DNA from: Saccostrea cucullata
Taxonomy: Eukaryota
Direction of reading: 5' to 3'
DNA length: 64,000 bases
NCBI RefSeq assembly: GCF_032062105.1
Contig: NW_026930542.1
Location: forward strand, 248,001 to 312,000
Shown here in pieces: positions 48,400 through 62,484 of this stretch (the stretch's first letter is position 1; each line of letters opens with the position of its first letter). The notes beneath the pieces are model-generated. The model was not told the origin of the DNA and made no database searches. It saw nothing but the letters and a program-made list of their open reading frames with translations. A program made the position numbers and the translations under genes.

Positions 48400-48498
48400 C
48401 AGAATTTATTGATTAGTAAATGCATGCTTCTGTACTCACAAACTTTAGTTTTGTGAGTGCAAAAGCATGTATTTACAGTAACACATCGATGAATTCTG
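48400..48498. repeat. ~100-bp imperfect palindrome (probable tiny MITE)
   Basis: gtaaatgcatgcttctgtactcacaaact / agttttgtgagtgcaaaagcatgtatttac. Confidence 0.6.
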
Positions 48499-48579
48499 TA
48501 AAACAATATTTAATCATATAATGAAAGAACATTGAAGGATGTTCTATCCAGTGATTATAATTTATATTAATAGACCATA

Positions 48580-48794
48580 CTGTAAACCAACTTTTATTCT
48601 TGTGCAAGAAATTTTTGTGAGGTTCGCGAGAGCCTTGTCATCGCGAATATTTCTTGCCGCAAACCGGTCCTTAAAATCTCTATTTCTATTATCAACAGAT
48701 CAAAAAAGGCTTGACCATGAAAATTTATCAGCGCAAACTAGATTACCCTGGTAAATCGCGAAATAAAGGTGTCATGCATAAAGTTGGTTTACAG
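48580..48794. mobile_element. Tc1/mariner MITE with TA TSD
   Basis: ta|ctgtaaaccaactt..aagttggtttacag|ta. Confidence 0.8.
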
Positions 48795-50795
48795 TATTGT
48801 ATCTGTAAAATGATATTGTCCTATGGACCTGGTTAAACGTTAAAATTCATTCTGTATGTTGGCAATAAAGCAAATTATGGGCCCCTAGGTTTATAATTTT
48901 TACAAGCTCACATTGATGATTCAGGGCCCAACATTTTCTCTACTTTATGAAATTAATTCTCAGTTTTTTTTTTTTTTTTGTTTTTTGTTTTTTGATTTTG
49001 GGGAAGTATACTTCACTAGCCATTTTTTACTTAGTTTCATTTTACACTTTGTAACTGTGTTAATTAGTATATACATGTATAACAAATAAAATATACATAG
49101 AGAGGAATGCATTACTAGGTTATGAAATTTAATTCAGATATTTAAGTAGCAAGATACATATACAAATATATGTTGCAAGGGAAAGGTAATGAATAAAATT
49201 TATAATAATAAAGCTTATCAAAAATTCATCTCTGCAATAGAAGTGTGTATGGAGGCTAACAATCAATAAGGAATGTAGACTGTCATTGTTGGCTGATCCA
49301 AGACAAGTCAGTACCCTGTTTATAATGTATATATCTCTTATCAGTATAAACACGAAGTTCTCCTGATAATAATTAAGGTTTTGGTAATTGGTGATTTCCA
49401 TACATGCTCTAGACTGGAGATTAGATAAGATTGGCTTTCTATGTCCTTTTCTGTATTCTCATGGCTTCTTGTATTAGTTAATAAAGGCATACTCTTTATT
49501 GTATAAGGCAACAACTCATGGTTTATGAAATGTCATGACATATTTGATGTTACTGGTCCCATTTGATGTTAACCATGTTAACCAGAATGTAAATGCAGTG
49601 CAATTAGATGTCAAAAAATCATTCCTTTAGTCTTTCATATGGGTCACAGAACCTTAGGTATTGATTTTCAAGTTTGTGTGTGCAGCTGAAATGCTCCTCA
49701 TTTTTGTTGAGGCAGTCCCAGTATCTTTTTTATAACATGTATTGATTTTTACCAACTTTTTGTCTTAAAGGAAAATATTCTTTGTATAGTTTTGTCGTAT
49801 GTTAAGAAAACACATATCAAATGAAGTTACTATTAATTTACTTGCCTTTCCCCCTCTTTTTATGATTTTTTAAAAGGATTTTCCTTTTTTGTCCACCATT
49901 TGATTTTAATGGTCTGAGATTAAGATTATTTACAGGTATAGAGTTGTTAATACATGCATATAATAATTGAAGACAATTTGAAACTAAACACTTTAGGAAT
50001 GGTTTGAGAAAGACATATCAATTTTATATTGTAATGAGTTAATTTATAAAATCTTGATTTCACAATGAACGGTAGGATACAACAACAGGGAAAAAGTGTT
50101 AGAGGATTTTCAGGTAATGCAATTAATGAATATGGCCATGCAACATTATATTTTTGCATGAACACACATTTTTCGACTCCACAAAAACTGGAGTTTAATT
50201 AATATAATAAGGTCTTTATTTCCAAGCTTCAATTTAAAAAAAAATCCTTCAACATTTTGGCCTCTGGCTTAAATGTCTGTCAAGGTCAGAAGTGCAAGAT
50301 TTTTGATACCAGTGGCCCTTTTTAGTTTATCTTAATGTATACATTTAACACTGTAATAAAATTTGCCTTTTACTTTGGAAAGGGCATATATGGGCAATGT
50401 ATCTGCTTTCAAATTCTGCATTATGTTAAAATTTTATTGCCATAATTTTTTTTAAGCTTTGCTTTTTTTGACTGTTGTTTGCCATTAGCATGTAAAAAAT
50501 TGGTTTAAGTTTTTGTTTTCATATTGTGAGGTAATCAAGTTTTAATCCAATCTTGCTCCCAAACACAGTATAAGATGTTACTGTTGTACTGTCTTGTATT
50601 AAAGAGAGTGACACTTATAAAGCACTTTTCCTGTATTTGTAATACTTTTACTATAAGGAAATACAATGTTTAATACTTTTTGTTGTAATTGTACTCTGAG
50701 GGAATGATACTTTTTTGTGATACTTGTAAGGGGGTGATTCTTTTTGTGGTATTTTTCCTGTATAAGGAGATGATACATTTTGTGGTACTTTGTCT

Positions 50796-50915
50796 TTTTA
50801 GGTCACCTGAGTAAACTCAGGTGACCTGTTGCTATCTGTTTTCGTCCGTCGTCGTGCGTCGTCCGTCGTGCGTTAACATTTGAACATTTTCAGCTTCTTC
50901 TCTGCAACCACTGAA

Positions 50916-50946
<31 letters not shown>

Positions 50947-51192
50947 TATGGGTGAAGGGGAACAAAAATTGTGAATTTCATGATCCCTGCCCCCCTGGGG
51001 CCGGAGGGGTGGGGCCAAAACCACTAAAATTAATGCAATCTTTAAAAATCTTCTTCTTTACTCCTGGGCATCAAGCAGTCAAACTGTTTGCATGATTGTA
51101 ATCAGCAATGAGTCCTCTACCAAAATTGTGAAATTCATGGCCCTGGGGTCAGGGGTTCTAGTTCTAGGGCGGGGCTAAATAAGTAGGTAGTG

Positions 51193-51226
<34 letters not shown>

Positions 51227-52884
51227 GCTCCTGGGTATTAAATAAACCAACTCAGTACATAGTTATGATGAGCAAGAGTGCCTCTAACAAAATTGTGAAT
51301 TTTATGGCCCCAGGGTTCAGGGGTTCTGGTGTTAGGGTGGGGCTCTATTGATTATGTAGTGAAAATACATGAATTCTTTGAAAATCTTCTTCTCTGCTCC
51401 TGGGTATTAAATAAACTAACTAAGTACATAGTTATGATGAGCAAGAGTGCCTCTACCAAAATTGTGAATTTTATGGCCCCAGGGTCAGGGGTTCTTGTTT
51501 TAGGGTGGGGCTCTAATGATGATATAGTGAAATGCATGAATTCTTTGAACATCTTATCCTTTGCTCTTGGTTAATATACTAATGATCTAATTACATACTT
51601 AAGGCCAGGATTTATTTTATTTTCAGTTTTTCAAACCCTCCGCTCAAGGTTTTGAATTTTCAGAAAAAAATAAAAAAAATTTTCTTTCCGATGTCAAATT
51701 TGAGTCGGGATCGAGATTTCAAATTTACGAACTCGCACTTCCGGTTTTAAGATGAAACGGCGGGTAAATAAAGCTAGAACTGAGAAGATACCTTGGTTTA
51801 GTGTAAAATTCATCGATACGAGTGCCATTCAAAACGTTTCACCCGTTCAAAGGACAAAAAAAATGCTGACGACTTTGTTGCACAATGACATGCTGGTGAG
51901 ATAATTATGTATTCGTTTCAAAAGTATCTGTCTGTAAATTATTTTCCTCCCCCAGGTTTTAAACTGCCCGTGGTAGCTATTGCATATGTTTAGGTCTCTG
52001 TTATAGCTTACAGTCTAAGCATCATTCATTAGAAAATGGTTGCTTATGCATCAGATGTAATGAATAAAACTATGGGAGAAGTTAAGTCCATTTGAGGAAG
52101 AAATAAACAATAACCTGAAGAAATAAAAAAAAAAATCATCTATCAAAAGGCAAGAATATACAAATATATACAGGCATGTAGTATCATCTGTATCAGCCAG
52201 AAAAATTATTTTACACTTAATTGAAAAAAAATGTTCACCCTACTCCCAATACTCCCTGTCTGTTTTATGATAGGAATTATAATTTTAGGCATCAAGTAAA
52301 TTTTAGAACAATGTCTACACATTCACCTAACACATATTCAAAAAATGAAGATATATTGAAAGACTTTTAAATAATTGATTTTTAAAAATATATTTTGACC
52401 AACATCACAAAATTTATATAACTGGCCCAGACTGGCAGATGATGAAATAAGCAATTAAATGTTCTACTTACCTATTGTAAGCATTGTGTGTCCAGTGGTA
52501 AGGGGCCTATTAGAATAGCATAAAAAAAGAATGAACAAATGTTAATTGATTTATCAAAAAATTTTTTTATTTCCTTCTCCTTTGGGACTTTTTTATTCTC
52601 ATGTTCATAACTAAACCTAAACATAAAAAAAAATGCTGGCCTTATAATGAAGAAAGGGGCCTCTTTCAAAATAGATAATTTCAGGGCCGCTGGGTCAGGG
52701 GTCCCAGGGAGGTACTTTGACTAAAAATAAATTAATGCTTTGAAATCTGCCCTTTGATAAGCAATGGTGCCTCTTTCAAAATTTATGAATTTCATGGCTT
52801 TTGGATTAAAACACGAACCAAATACAATTGCTGGAAAGTTGTTACATGATACTCAGGTGACCTATAAGGCCCGTGGGCCTCTTG

Positions 52885-52886
<2 letters not shown>
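50796..52886 (+). mobile_element. HINE (pearl/CvA-like) with ~178-bp repeats, interrupted by an ~1.1-kb insert at ~51600-52650
   Basis: 5' hairpin aggtcacctgagtaaactcaggtgacct, (CGT)n-type microsatellite, 3' end ctcaggtgacctataaggcccgtgggcctcttgtt. Confidence 0.82.
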
Positions 52887-52944
<58 letters not shown>

Positions 52945-52949
52945 TGTCT

Positions 52950-53022
<73 letters not shown>

Positions 53023-53084
53023 CCACAAAGTATCCTTAGATGAAGGGGACTCAAGTTTGTTCAAATGAAGGGCCATGCCCTCTC

Positions 53085-53115
<31 letters not shown>

Positions 53116-53972
53116 ATTAATGGCATTTTTAAAAAATCTTCTTCTCAAGAACCACTGGGCAAGGAAAGATGAAACTCATGTGGAGGCATCCTCAGGTAGT
53201 GTAGATTCAAATTTGTTCAAATCATAAACCCCAAAGGTAGGGTGGGGCCACAATGGTGGATCAAAGTTTTACATAAGACTAAATAGGAAAATCTTTTAAA
53301 ATCTTCTTCTCAAGTACTTCAAAGCCATGATTAGTGATATTTATATGGAATCATCCTCAGGTAGTGTAGATTCTAGTTTGTTCAAATCATAACCCCCAGG
53401 GATAGGGTGGGGCCACAATGTGGGATTCAAGTTTTACATTAAAATATATTTTAAAAAATCATCTTCTAAAGAATAGCAAAGCCATTATTAGTGGTATTTA
53501 TATGGAAGCATCCTCAGGTAGTGTAGAATTAAATTTGTTCAAATCATAAACCCCAAAGGTAGGGTGGGGCCACAATGGTGGATCAAAGTTTTACGTAGAA
53601 AAATAAAGGGAAAAATCCCACGAACAGAAAAGCTATATTAAATTAAGTCATATTGACATGTAAGCATCCTCATGTATTGAAGATTTAAATTTGTTGAAAT
53701 CATGGCCCATTGGGGTAGGGAGGGAAACAATTGGGAATCAAATTCAAATTGTTACAAAGTAATATATAGGAAGAAAATGTTTAAAAAAAAATCTTTTTAA
53801 TATCAAGAACAATAAAGTCATATGCTTTATAAATATGAAGGCAATCTCAAGTAGTATTAAAATTCAAGCCCCCCTCCCCCCTCCCCCTAGTAAACTTTTC
53901 AGTTCTGATGTGATTTGTGCTTTTTCCTAGCTGATTTGCTCAGGTTAGCGATGTGGCCCCTGGGCCTCTTGT
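52887..53972 (+). mobile_element. HINE with Cg170-like repeats (~4 units)
   Basis: tagctcacctgagccgaaggctcaagtgagc..gctcaggttagcgatgtggcccctgggcctcttgt. Confidence 0.88.
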
Positions 53973-53989
53973 AATTTATCCTGAGTACA

Positions 53990-54400
53990 ATTTTTATACC
54001 CCATTTCAAAGAAGAGAGGGCATATTACTTTGCTGCTGTCTGTCTGTCGGTCAGTGAATCGAACCACCAACAGTTTCCAGAATTTCTTCACAGAGGTTGC
54101 ACATACTGAAATGAAATTTGGAATACAGATTTATCATAATCATTATAATATCTAGGTCAAGTTTTGTTTTGGGTAGAATCTAGAATTTTTGACAGAGTTA
54201 CTCACCCCTTGGACTTAGAAAATTCAATTATTTGCAATTTCCATTCATTTTCTTTGCAGGCGTTGCACAAACTTAGAATAAATTTGGTATACAGATTTAT
54301 CATGAGAATATCTAGGTCAAGTTTGTTTTAAAAAAGATTTTAACAAATTTTGAGTTATGCCCTATGGACTTATAAAAATTACTATTATGTGCTACTGGTA
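53990..54400 (+). mobile_element. HINE fragment (TTTTATACCCC family)
   Basis: 5' tttttatacccc..gagggcata, (GTCT)n and two degenerate internal units. Confidence 0.65.
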
Positions 54401-57024
54401 GATGATCCCTATTGATTGTAATTAAGTTTTAGAATTAAAATAGGACAATCCTTTTAAGAGTCATGTTCAGCATTAAAGAACTGTCCCATAGCTGTCCATT
54501 TTAGTCAGTGCTTAATTGAAAGCCATATGACAGTAATGAGTTGATGAAATGGTTTTTGTTAAGTGTATTGCATCACGACAAGATGAAATTGTAAGATACA
54601 GCATGCGCTGGTTGGATTTACAGGAAATTGTATCTGAAAAAGAAAAAACAAACAAATGATACAGAGGATCGCATTAGCTGTCAGACCTAATGACAAAGAG
54701 GTCTAAATCTGTCAAAGAATGTCATTAGCCTTAACTAGTATCCATTACTGGATCCTGATGGAAAGTCAGGGTCCTTTATTGACCATGTGGAAAATACAGG
54801 GATAATAATGCAATGGGGTCAAAGGTTCATAAAGTTCAGGGTGTAAATTTTGGTCAAGACTAAATTATAAGGTTTACAAATGTTTGTACCAAAACAGTAT
54901 AACTTAAGAATATGAAACTGACATTACTCTTTTGCAAATTGAGTCGTTAAGAATTAAGAATATGAAACTGACATTACTCTTTTGCAAATTGAGTCGAGCA
55001 GTAAGAAACTCGCCTTGTGAGAAACTGAAAAAAAAACATCAATTGAAAGTCTCTTTCTTAATTTAAAGGTTACATATGTAGCTATCTTGAATATTTCTAT
55101 GTAGCTTCCTTTTTATTAAGACTGTCATATTGTGGTCTAGAGGCACCTCATCCAATAGGTGTTGGTTTGTTTACTGATCTAAAAGACCAGAAAATGACCT
55201 GCAAATTGTGCAAGTGTTTGCAGTACTAGTGAAATACATGATGACACAAGGTGAAACAATTCTTGAAAGTAAAAGTTATCAAAACAAAATAATAAACTGT
55301 TTTATAATCAATTTATTGGCACATTTCTTTCTGAAGGTACTTGAATGCAGATATGCTTTGGATGTAAATATGATAAAATCATCTGTGGGGTAAATATGAG
55401 GCTATATTCATTGTTGTATATTAAATTAATAATGTACAAGTATATGATTTGGATGTAGGGAGAAAAAAGTATTAAGGGGCTTGATGAGAGCATCTGTGTC
55501 AAATTGTTACAACAGCCGCTTCAGAATCAACACCATTAAACGGAATCAGAAAGTTACTACATAGATGTCTGGCTCCATTGATGATAAAATCAATAGCAAA
55601 TGCATTCCAATTGATTTTTAAGTCAGTTCTCCATAAGCAATTCAGTTTCCTATGATTTCTTTCTGTTGTGATATCATTCTGATGTACGTTTTTACCATAG
55701 GTCTGAATCTTTGGAGGTTATTCACTCTTTATTGATGAATTTGCCCTACACTTTGTGAAGATGCTCCTTTATTGTATAAAACAGTCATAATAGGACTAAT
55801 CAGTGTACATGTGAACATTGTTGTAATGGAGGAACTCTATTTGCAGGTATTGATCCATTGCTGAATTGTGGTCGCCATATTGTTTCAAAGACTCCACAGA
55901 CACAGTGAGTATGATTCAGTAAACAGATCAATTATTAGTTAAGTTCAAGAAGAAATGAGTAATACCTGCTTTAGTAATGAGAAATTTGAAAATGAGCAAA
56001 TTTTGAAAGAGTTAACATCATTGTAAAATACCTTAACTTAAAAGAAATCGTATTCCCTATAATTACCTAATGCCATATTTATTCAATTTTTTAATTAAAA
56101 ATAAAAAATTGGATCTGTAATATACATGTATTTATTAAGAAAAAAAATAGAGAGAGTCTTAGTTTGATACTTACTCGAAATGTATTCCGAAAAAAAATTA
56201 AAGAATGCTAAAGAGTTTTATAATATTTTCTACAATGAAAAACTGTAATTTATTGTTATTATAATAATTATATTAATACCAAAGAGATATTCCGTCATAG
56301 TGTGAAAGAATATCGGAAGTGTGGCAAAACTTGATTTTCCTGCCTTTTAGGAAGAGTATTGGTAGAAATACATCTATGTGGCCTATAATAAGATAGAGAT
56401 AATAAATAAACCATCCTGACAGAGGTTTACATTTTCTAAGTTTCTCAAAAAAGTTAGCACTAGTTGACATGTTCATACATCATTGCTGTTGTAGGAGGCC
56501 GGCCAGAACCACCACCAAAGCCTACCACCCTACCACAGAGTTACCAATCTACCACCAAACAGGAGATCCATGTTTGGTGGGTGTTAAAAGTAAGTCTACA
56601 AAAACCACAAAAAGGCTGTGTAGTTCATTTCCTTTATTAGATTTAATGTTTCCTTTGATATGCCCATCCTTCCTTTAGCAGACAGTCAGATCAATCTCTG
56701 TAGCCTGCTGGCAAATAGGTTGTGATGAGTTAATGCTTACCAATTCATCTACAGCAATGGCCAGATCTTGCCAACTGTGTCAATTAGATTTTATTTTATA
56801 TCTTCAGTCATCCCCCTACATCTACATCTCTTGTCCTGCTGTAGCTATTTTTATTACAAACATGCAGTAACAGGAATTCATATTTGACTCGAATTCTTAC
56901 CAGCCCATGGATATCACTCATTAGTAAAAGGTTCTTTTCATAATACATGTACATCACAGTACATGTATTAAGCAACATTTTCAAAATAGATAGGGTAAGT
57001 CAGTAAAATTCAAAATTTATAAGA

Positions 57025-57646
57025 AACAAGATGTGTCTCTGAAAGACTGATGCCCCCATATGGCAGCTTATGGTTAAGATTGAAGTTTCTCAAATGCAAG
57101 TCAAACTCCAAAGTCAAAGGCAAAATTGTTGATATCAAAAGGAAGGTCTTGTCACAAGGAATATACCTATGAAATTTAAAAGCCCTGGTACAAACTGTAC
57201 AAAAGTGGCCAAGGTTGAAGTTTTTAAAAAGTGGATCAAACTCATAAGGTCAAGGTCAAAAGGTCAAAATTGTTGATATCAAAAGTGGGTCAAATTCAAA
57301 CTTTAAAGGTCAAAGTCAAAATTGTTGGTATCAAAAGAAAGGTCTTGTCACAAAAAATGAAAGCCTTAGCACCAACTGTTCAAAAGTTATGAATAAGGTT
57401 AAATTTTGGTATTTTTTGTTGTTGTAAAAGTGGGTCAAACTCCAAAGTCAAGGTCAAGAGGTAAAATTTGGTGCTACCCAAAGAAAGTTCTTGTTACAAG
57501 GAATACACTGGTGAAATATGAAAGCCATAGCCCCACCCAGTCCGAATTTGTGGAAAAAGTTAAAGTTAGACAAACAGATAAATAGACAGACAAATGGACA
57601 AGACAAAAACAAAAAACCCTTGAATCTTCGATTACATGGACAAAAA
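57025..57646 (-). mobile_element. Degenerate HINE with caaggtcaa-rich repeats
   Basis: 3' end aacaagatgtgtctctgaaagactgatgcccc; (GACA)n near 57570-57605. Confidence 0.65.
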
Positions 57647-60546
57647 ATGTAAGACTGAGAGGAAGTCACACTTGTTCCCCAATACAAAATCTTAAAAGGT
57701 GTGCTTAATGAAGGTACCTGCTTATAGTTAATGTAATTAAAGAAGTAGTATTGGTTTAACTCAGGAGATAGGGAATGTGTGTGTGCAGAAAGGGGGAGGG
57801 GGGGGGGGGGCAACAGCAGGAGTCTAATTCCAGTCAGAGACATGAAGAGTAGGTCATCCAATAAAATTGTATTAGTTTTCTTAAATTGTTAATATATGTT
57901 GATACATAAAATGGACATGCTGGCTGAGCAGAGCTTATACTCAGTCTGATTTAGAAATTCATTTACCAGGTAATTTTGGTTACAAGCCCAGTGAAAGAAC
58001 AGTGAGGTATATATGCTTGTTTGAATTACTTCCTATTTTCAAGATCCCATTTTTCTAGTACTTGAAGTTAATCCATTCACTTCAGGTTGTTTGTCCAATA
58101 TATTAACTCTATTTTCTTTACTCTTGGTCCAAAATAATTTGAATGTTTCATTGTACACACACTGTAATGCTTACAGGGTCAAGATCAAATTCACTAAAAT
58201 AAGAGCTCTTGAGAGGTCAAATGAAACATGACATAAGGCTCAGCCTTAATAACAGACACTTCTGAAACTAATTAAAACAAAGAGTTGATTGAGATTGTTG
58301 ACAATGGACAGGCATGTATCATAGGAATGAAATGCAGCAGGGATTAAAATTATAGCATAAATAATTCACAGTACAGGAGCTACTTTATTTTTCATGTATA
58401 GTTGCTTTGTATAAGCACGTCACATATTTTTTAAGGGAAGGCAAAGTTTGTAATTCAGGCATTGATCAAGCTTGTATCAGTGATGCAACAGTCATTCTTA
58501 CTCTAGATCCTGCTTTTGACCTACATTTTACAAATGAGTGATCAAAATTAATTTCTATGAGATGATCAATCAGAGACTTCAGAGGTTTGTATGAGTCAGG
58601 TAGTTATGTCTTAAATGTACTATTAGGGGTCTGGTCTAGATGTTAATTAAATATTTTTAACAATTAAATATTTCATTGGCTATAAGTGATACAGTCTTAC
58701 CCTGGAATCAAACAATATAGTGGAGCTGTCTTTTCTGATAGGAAATTCTAATTTGTCTTGGTATATGATAGTGAATCTGGGTTTTAATTTATTGTGCTGA
58801 ATGAGAAAATATCTGGATGTGGAGGTTTTAATATTTTCATTTTTTTTTTCTCTCTCAGAAAACCCCGAAGTTTACTATGTTTACATGTACTACAGCTGTT
58901 CACTTTTCTTTATCTTCTGGTGTCATCTGTGCTGACTTCATTTACCATGGACTTCTTACTTTTCTTTGAACCAATATCAAATTTTCATGTTTCTTGAAAA
59001 TTTTCAATGCCCAAGTGCTTGCTACTTCCTTTACAAATGCAATTAACATTTACATATGACATTTTATTGTTAATAACTATTGATTTTTTGGTAACACTCA
59101 ATGCAATGATTATCTTGTGTACTTTATGATTCAAATAAATATTTGTAATCAATATTTGTAGAAAATTTACATGATATTGAATTTTGAGGATTGTGTTACA
59201 AAATTTTTTTATAGAGGTGAAACTTCTCCCTTATTGAGATGAGCAATTCTAATTTGTTTAGACCTTATCAATATTTACTCTATCACATAGCTTTTGTTAT
59301 TTGATGTAGGTTGTGTTATGACCAGAGTAAAAATATAATGGCCCAGTCTCCAAATGGTGAGTAAATCAATTTAGTTTCACATTTCAAAAAAATGTCCTCA
59401 TTTGATGAACAAAAAGAAAAATGTCAGTGGTGTTAGAAGGACATTATAATTGATAGAAAAAAATCTGACTTTCAAGAGTAATTGAACAGCTTGAATTAAA
59501 TCCGAATGGCTTTCTAGTACCCTATAGACATGTTTTGTAGGTAGCTTATTTAGTGACCTGACCTGAGTCATGGAGTTCTATTGGAATTCTACTCTGTGAT
59601 GAAATTAATCATCTCAGGAATTATTGGAGAACTTCAGGCAAAAGAGAGACAACTCTAATTTGAGAGTTATTACTATTTATTACTTGGGATTTGTTGGGAG
59701 AGTTATTCCTCTTTGCTCAAGTTATTTCATACAACAAATTAAATTAGAAAATTAATTTTATCATTTGTAAAACAAATCCAGCAGGTGAAAGTGTAGCTTA
59801 TTACCATTCCTGTCTTTTAGGTCTAGCTTTTAAATTAATGCACATGTGTTTGTTTTTCATTTTAAAATGGCACTGACAGCCTTGAAAAATGCCAATACTT
59901 TCATTCATTGATTTACTATGTACTTTTATTTTATTTTGCTCATATCTTTCTTCAAAACACAATTTCAGTTTTTGTTACTACACATTCGGAATATTTTTTT
60001 GCATAAAATAAAATCAGTTTGTATGTATAATTATGCTAACAATGCTTTTCCACTCAGCAATTTTTATTTTACTTTGTTTGGAGGGGATTAGATTGTACAG
60101 TTTTGTAAATGAACATAAAAGCAAATTAACTGATGGAATATTTCAATTCTCAACAAACAAACAAGTATTTGTATTTAGTGAAGTTTAAGATATTCGGAAA
60201 TATAATTTAAAGCAAATTAATTATGACAGAATATATAAAATCAAAATATGTACACAAAATATAAAACATGCATACACACTATTTTGCTAATACCAGTGAT
60301 ATTAGTTCTAGCCGGTATTGACGGCCATTGTGGTGAGTAAGTTACTCCTGATTATGATTCTGAAATGGCATTGGGGAAAAAGGAGTTACCTCTCTTTAAG
60401 CTGCTACAGAGTAGGAGTTAAGTTGTGCTAGCCAAAGACTCTGGGGCTGTTGTACAAAAGAACTTATGATTTAAGACCAAATTTTAATTCTACATGTGTA
60501 TAAGTCTCTAATTAACATATACATTATAAATATTAAAATTTTAGCC

Positions 60547-60592
<46 letters not shown>

Positions 60593-60989
60593 CATTTTGT
60601 CCGGCGTCCGTCTGTCCGTCCGTCTGTCTGTCTGTCTGTCCGTCTGTCTGTAAACTTTTCACATTTTCGACTTCTTCTCAAGAACCGCTGGGCCAATTTC
60701 AATCAAACTTGGCACAAAGTATCCTTGGGTAAAGGAAATTCAAGTTTGTTCAAATGAAGGGCCACACCCTTTTCCAAGGGGAGATAATTATGAATTAGAG
60801 AAAAATTAATGGCATTTTTAAAAAATCTTCTTCTCAAGAACCACTGGGCCAGGAAAGCTGAAACTCATGTGGAATCATCTTCAGGTAGTGTAGAATCAAG
60901 TTTGTTCAAATCATGACCCCTGGGGCAAGGGTGGGGCCAAAATGGCCGACCCAAGTTTTACATACATGTAGGAATATATACGAAAAATC

Positions 60990-61023
<34 letters not shown>

Positions 61024-61155
61024 GGAAAGATGAAACTCATGTGGAATCATCCTCAGGTAGTGTAAATTCAAGTTTGTTCAAATCATGACCCCCGGGGCTA
61101 GGGTGGGGCCAAAATGACCGACCCAAGTTTTACATAGGAATATATAGGTAAAATC

Positions 61156-61189
<34 letters not shown>

Positions 61190-62162
61190 GGAAAGATGAA
61201 ACTCATGTGGAATCATCCTCAGGTAGTGTAGATTCAAGTTTGTTCAAATCATGACCCCCCGGGCTAGGGTGGGGCCAAAATGGCCGACCCAAGTTTTACA
61301 TAGGAATATATAGGAAAAATCTTTAAAAATCTTCTTCTCAACAACCACTGGGCCAGGAAAGATGAAACTCATGTGGAATCATCCTCAGGTAGTGTAGATT
61401 CAATTTTGTTCAAATCATGACCCCCGGGGCTAGGGTGGGGCCAAAATGGCCGACCCTAGTTTTACATAGGAATATAGAGGAAAAATCTTTAAAAACCTTC
61501 TTCTCCAGAACCACTGGGCCAGGAAAGCTGAAACTCATGTGGAATCATCCTCAGGTAGTGTAGATTCAAGTTTGTTCAAATCATGACCCCCGGGGCAAGG
61601 GTGGGGCCAAAATGGCCGACCCAAGTTTTACATAGGAATATATAGGAAAAATCTTTAAAAATCTTCTTCTCAAGAACCACTGGGCCAGGAAAGCTGAAAC
61701 TCATGTGGAATCATCCTCAGGTAGTGTAGATTCAAGTTTGTTCAAATCTGTTTCATGACCCCCGGGGCTAGGGTGGGGCCAAAATAGCCGACCCAAGTTT
61801 TACATAGGAATATATAGGAAAAATCTTTAAAAATCTTCTTCTCATGAACCACTTGGCCAGGAAAGATGAAACTCATGTGGAATCATCCTCAGGTAATGTA
61901 GATTCAAGTTTGTTCAAATCATGACCCCTGGGGCTAGGGTGGGGCCAAATGGCTGACCCAAATTTTACAAAGGGATATATAGGGAAACCTTTTAAAATCT
62001 TCTTTTCAAGTACTTCAAAGCTATGATTAGTGATATTTATACGGAATCATCCTCAGGTAGTGTAGATTCTATTTTGTTCAAATGATGAATGCCGGGGGGG
62101 GGGGGGGTAAATTCAAGCCCGATGTGCTCAGGTGAGCGCTGTGGCCCCTGGGCCTCTTGTTT
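60547..62162 (+). mobile_element. Intact HINE with ~8 Cg170-like ~166-bp units
   Basis: ttttagctcacctgagccgaaggctcaagtgagc, (GTCT/GTCC)n, homogeneous units, 3' gctcaggtgagcgctgtggcccctgggcctcttgttt. Confidence 0.93.
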
Positions 62163-62484
62163 AAAGAAATGTAGTCAAATATATTTACACGATTAATTTT
62201 AAACAGATTCATTTATTTTGCACAATTTTACAAGCAACTTAATTTTTCAGTCTTAGTCGTAAGTTCTCTAGAAAAATGGGCCCCACTAGAAGTATTCCAA
62301 AAGTAAAGTGTCCAACAACCACATCTGTTTCATTGTTCATCGTTCTTTTAAAAGTAAAATATAACCAATTTCACAGTACAAGTTGGATTTATTTAAAACT
62401 GCATTCAAAAATATTATTCCTTCTGCAGTTTTGGCTGAATGTTTATCAGACTTGATTTATTAGAAGACTTTAATATAATACATT

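Noticed and set aside
54904-54996. ~43-bp direct duplication
   Set aside because: Ordinary local duplication with no further structure.
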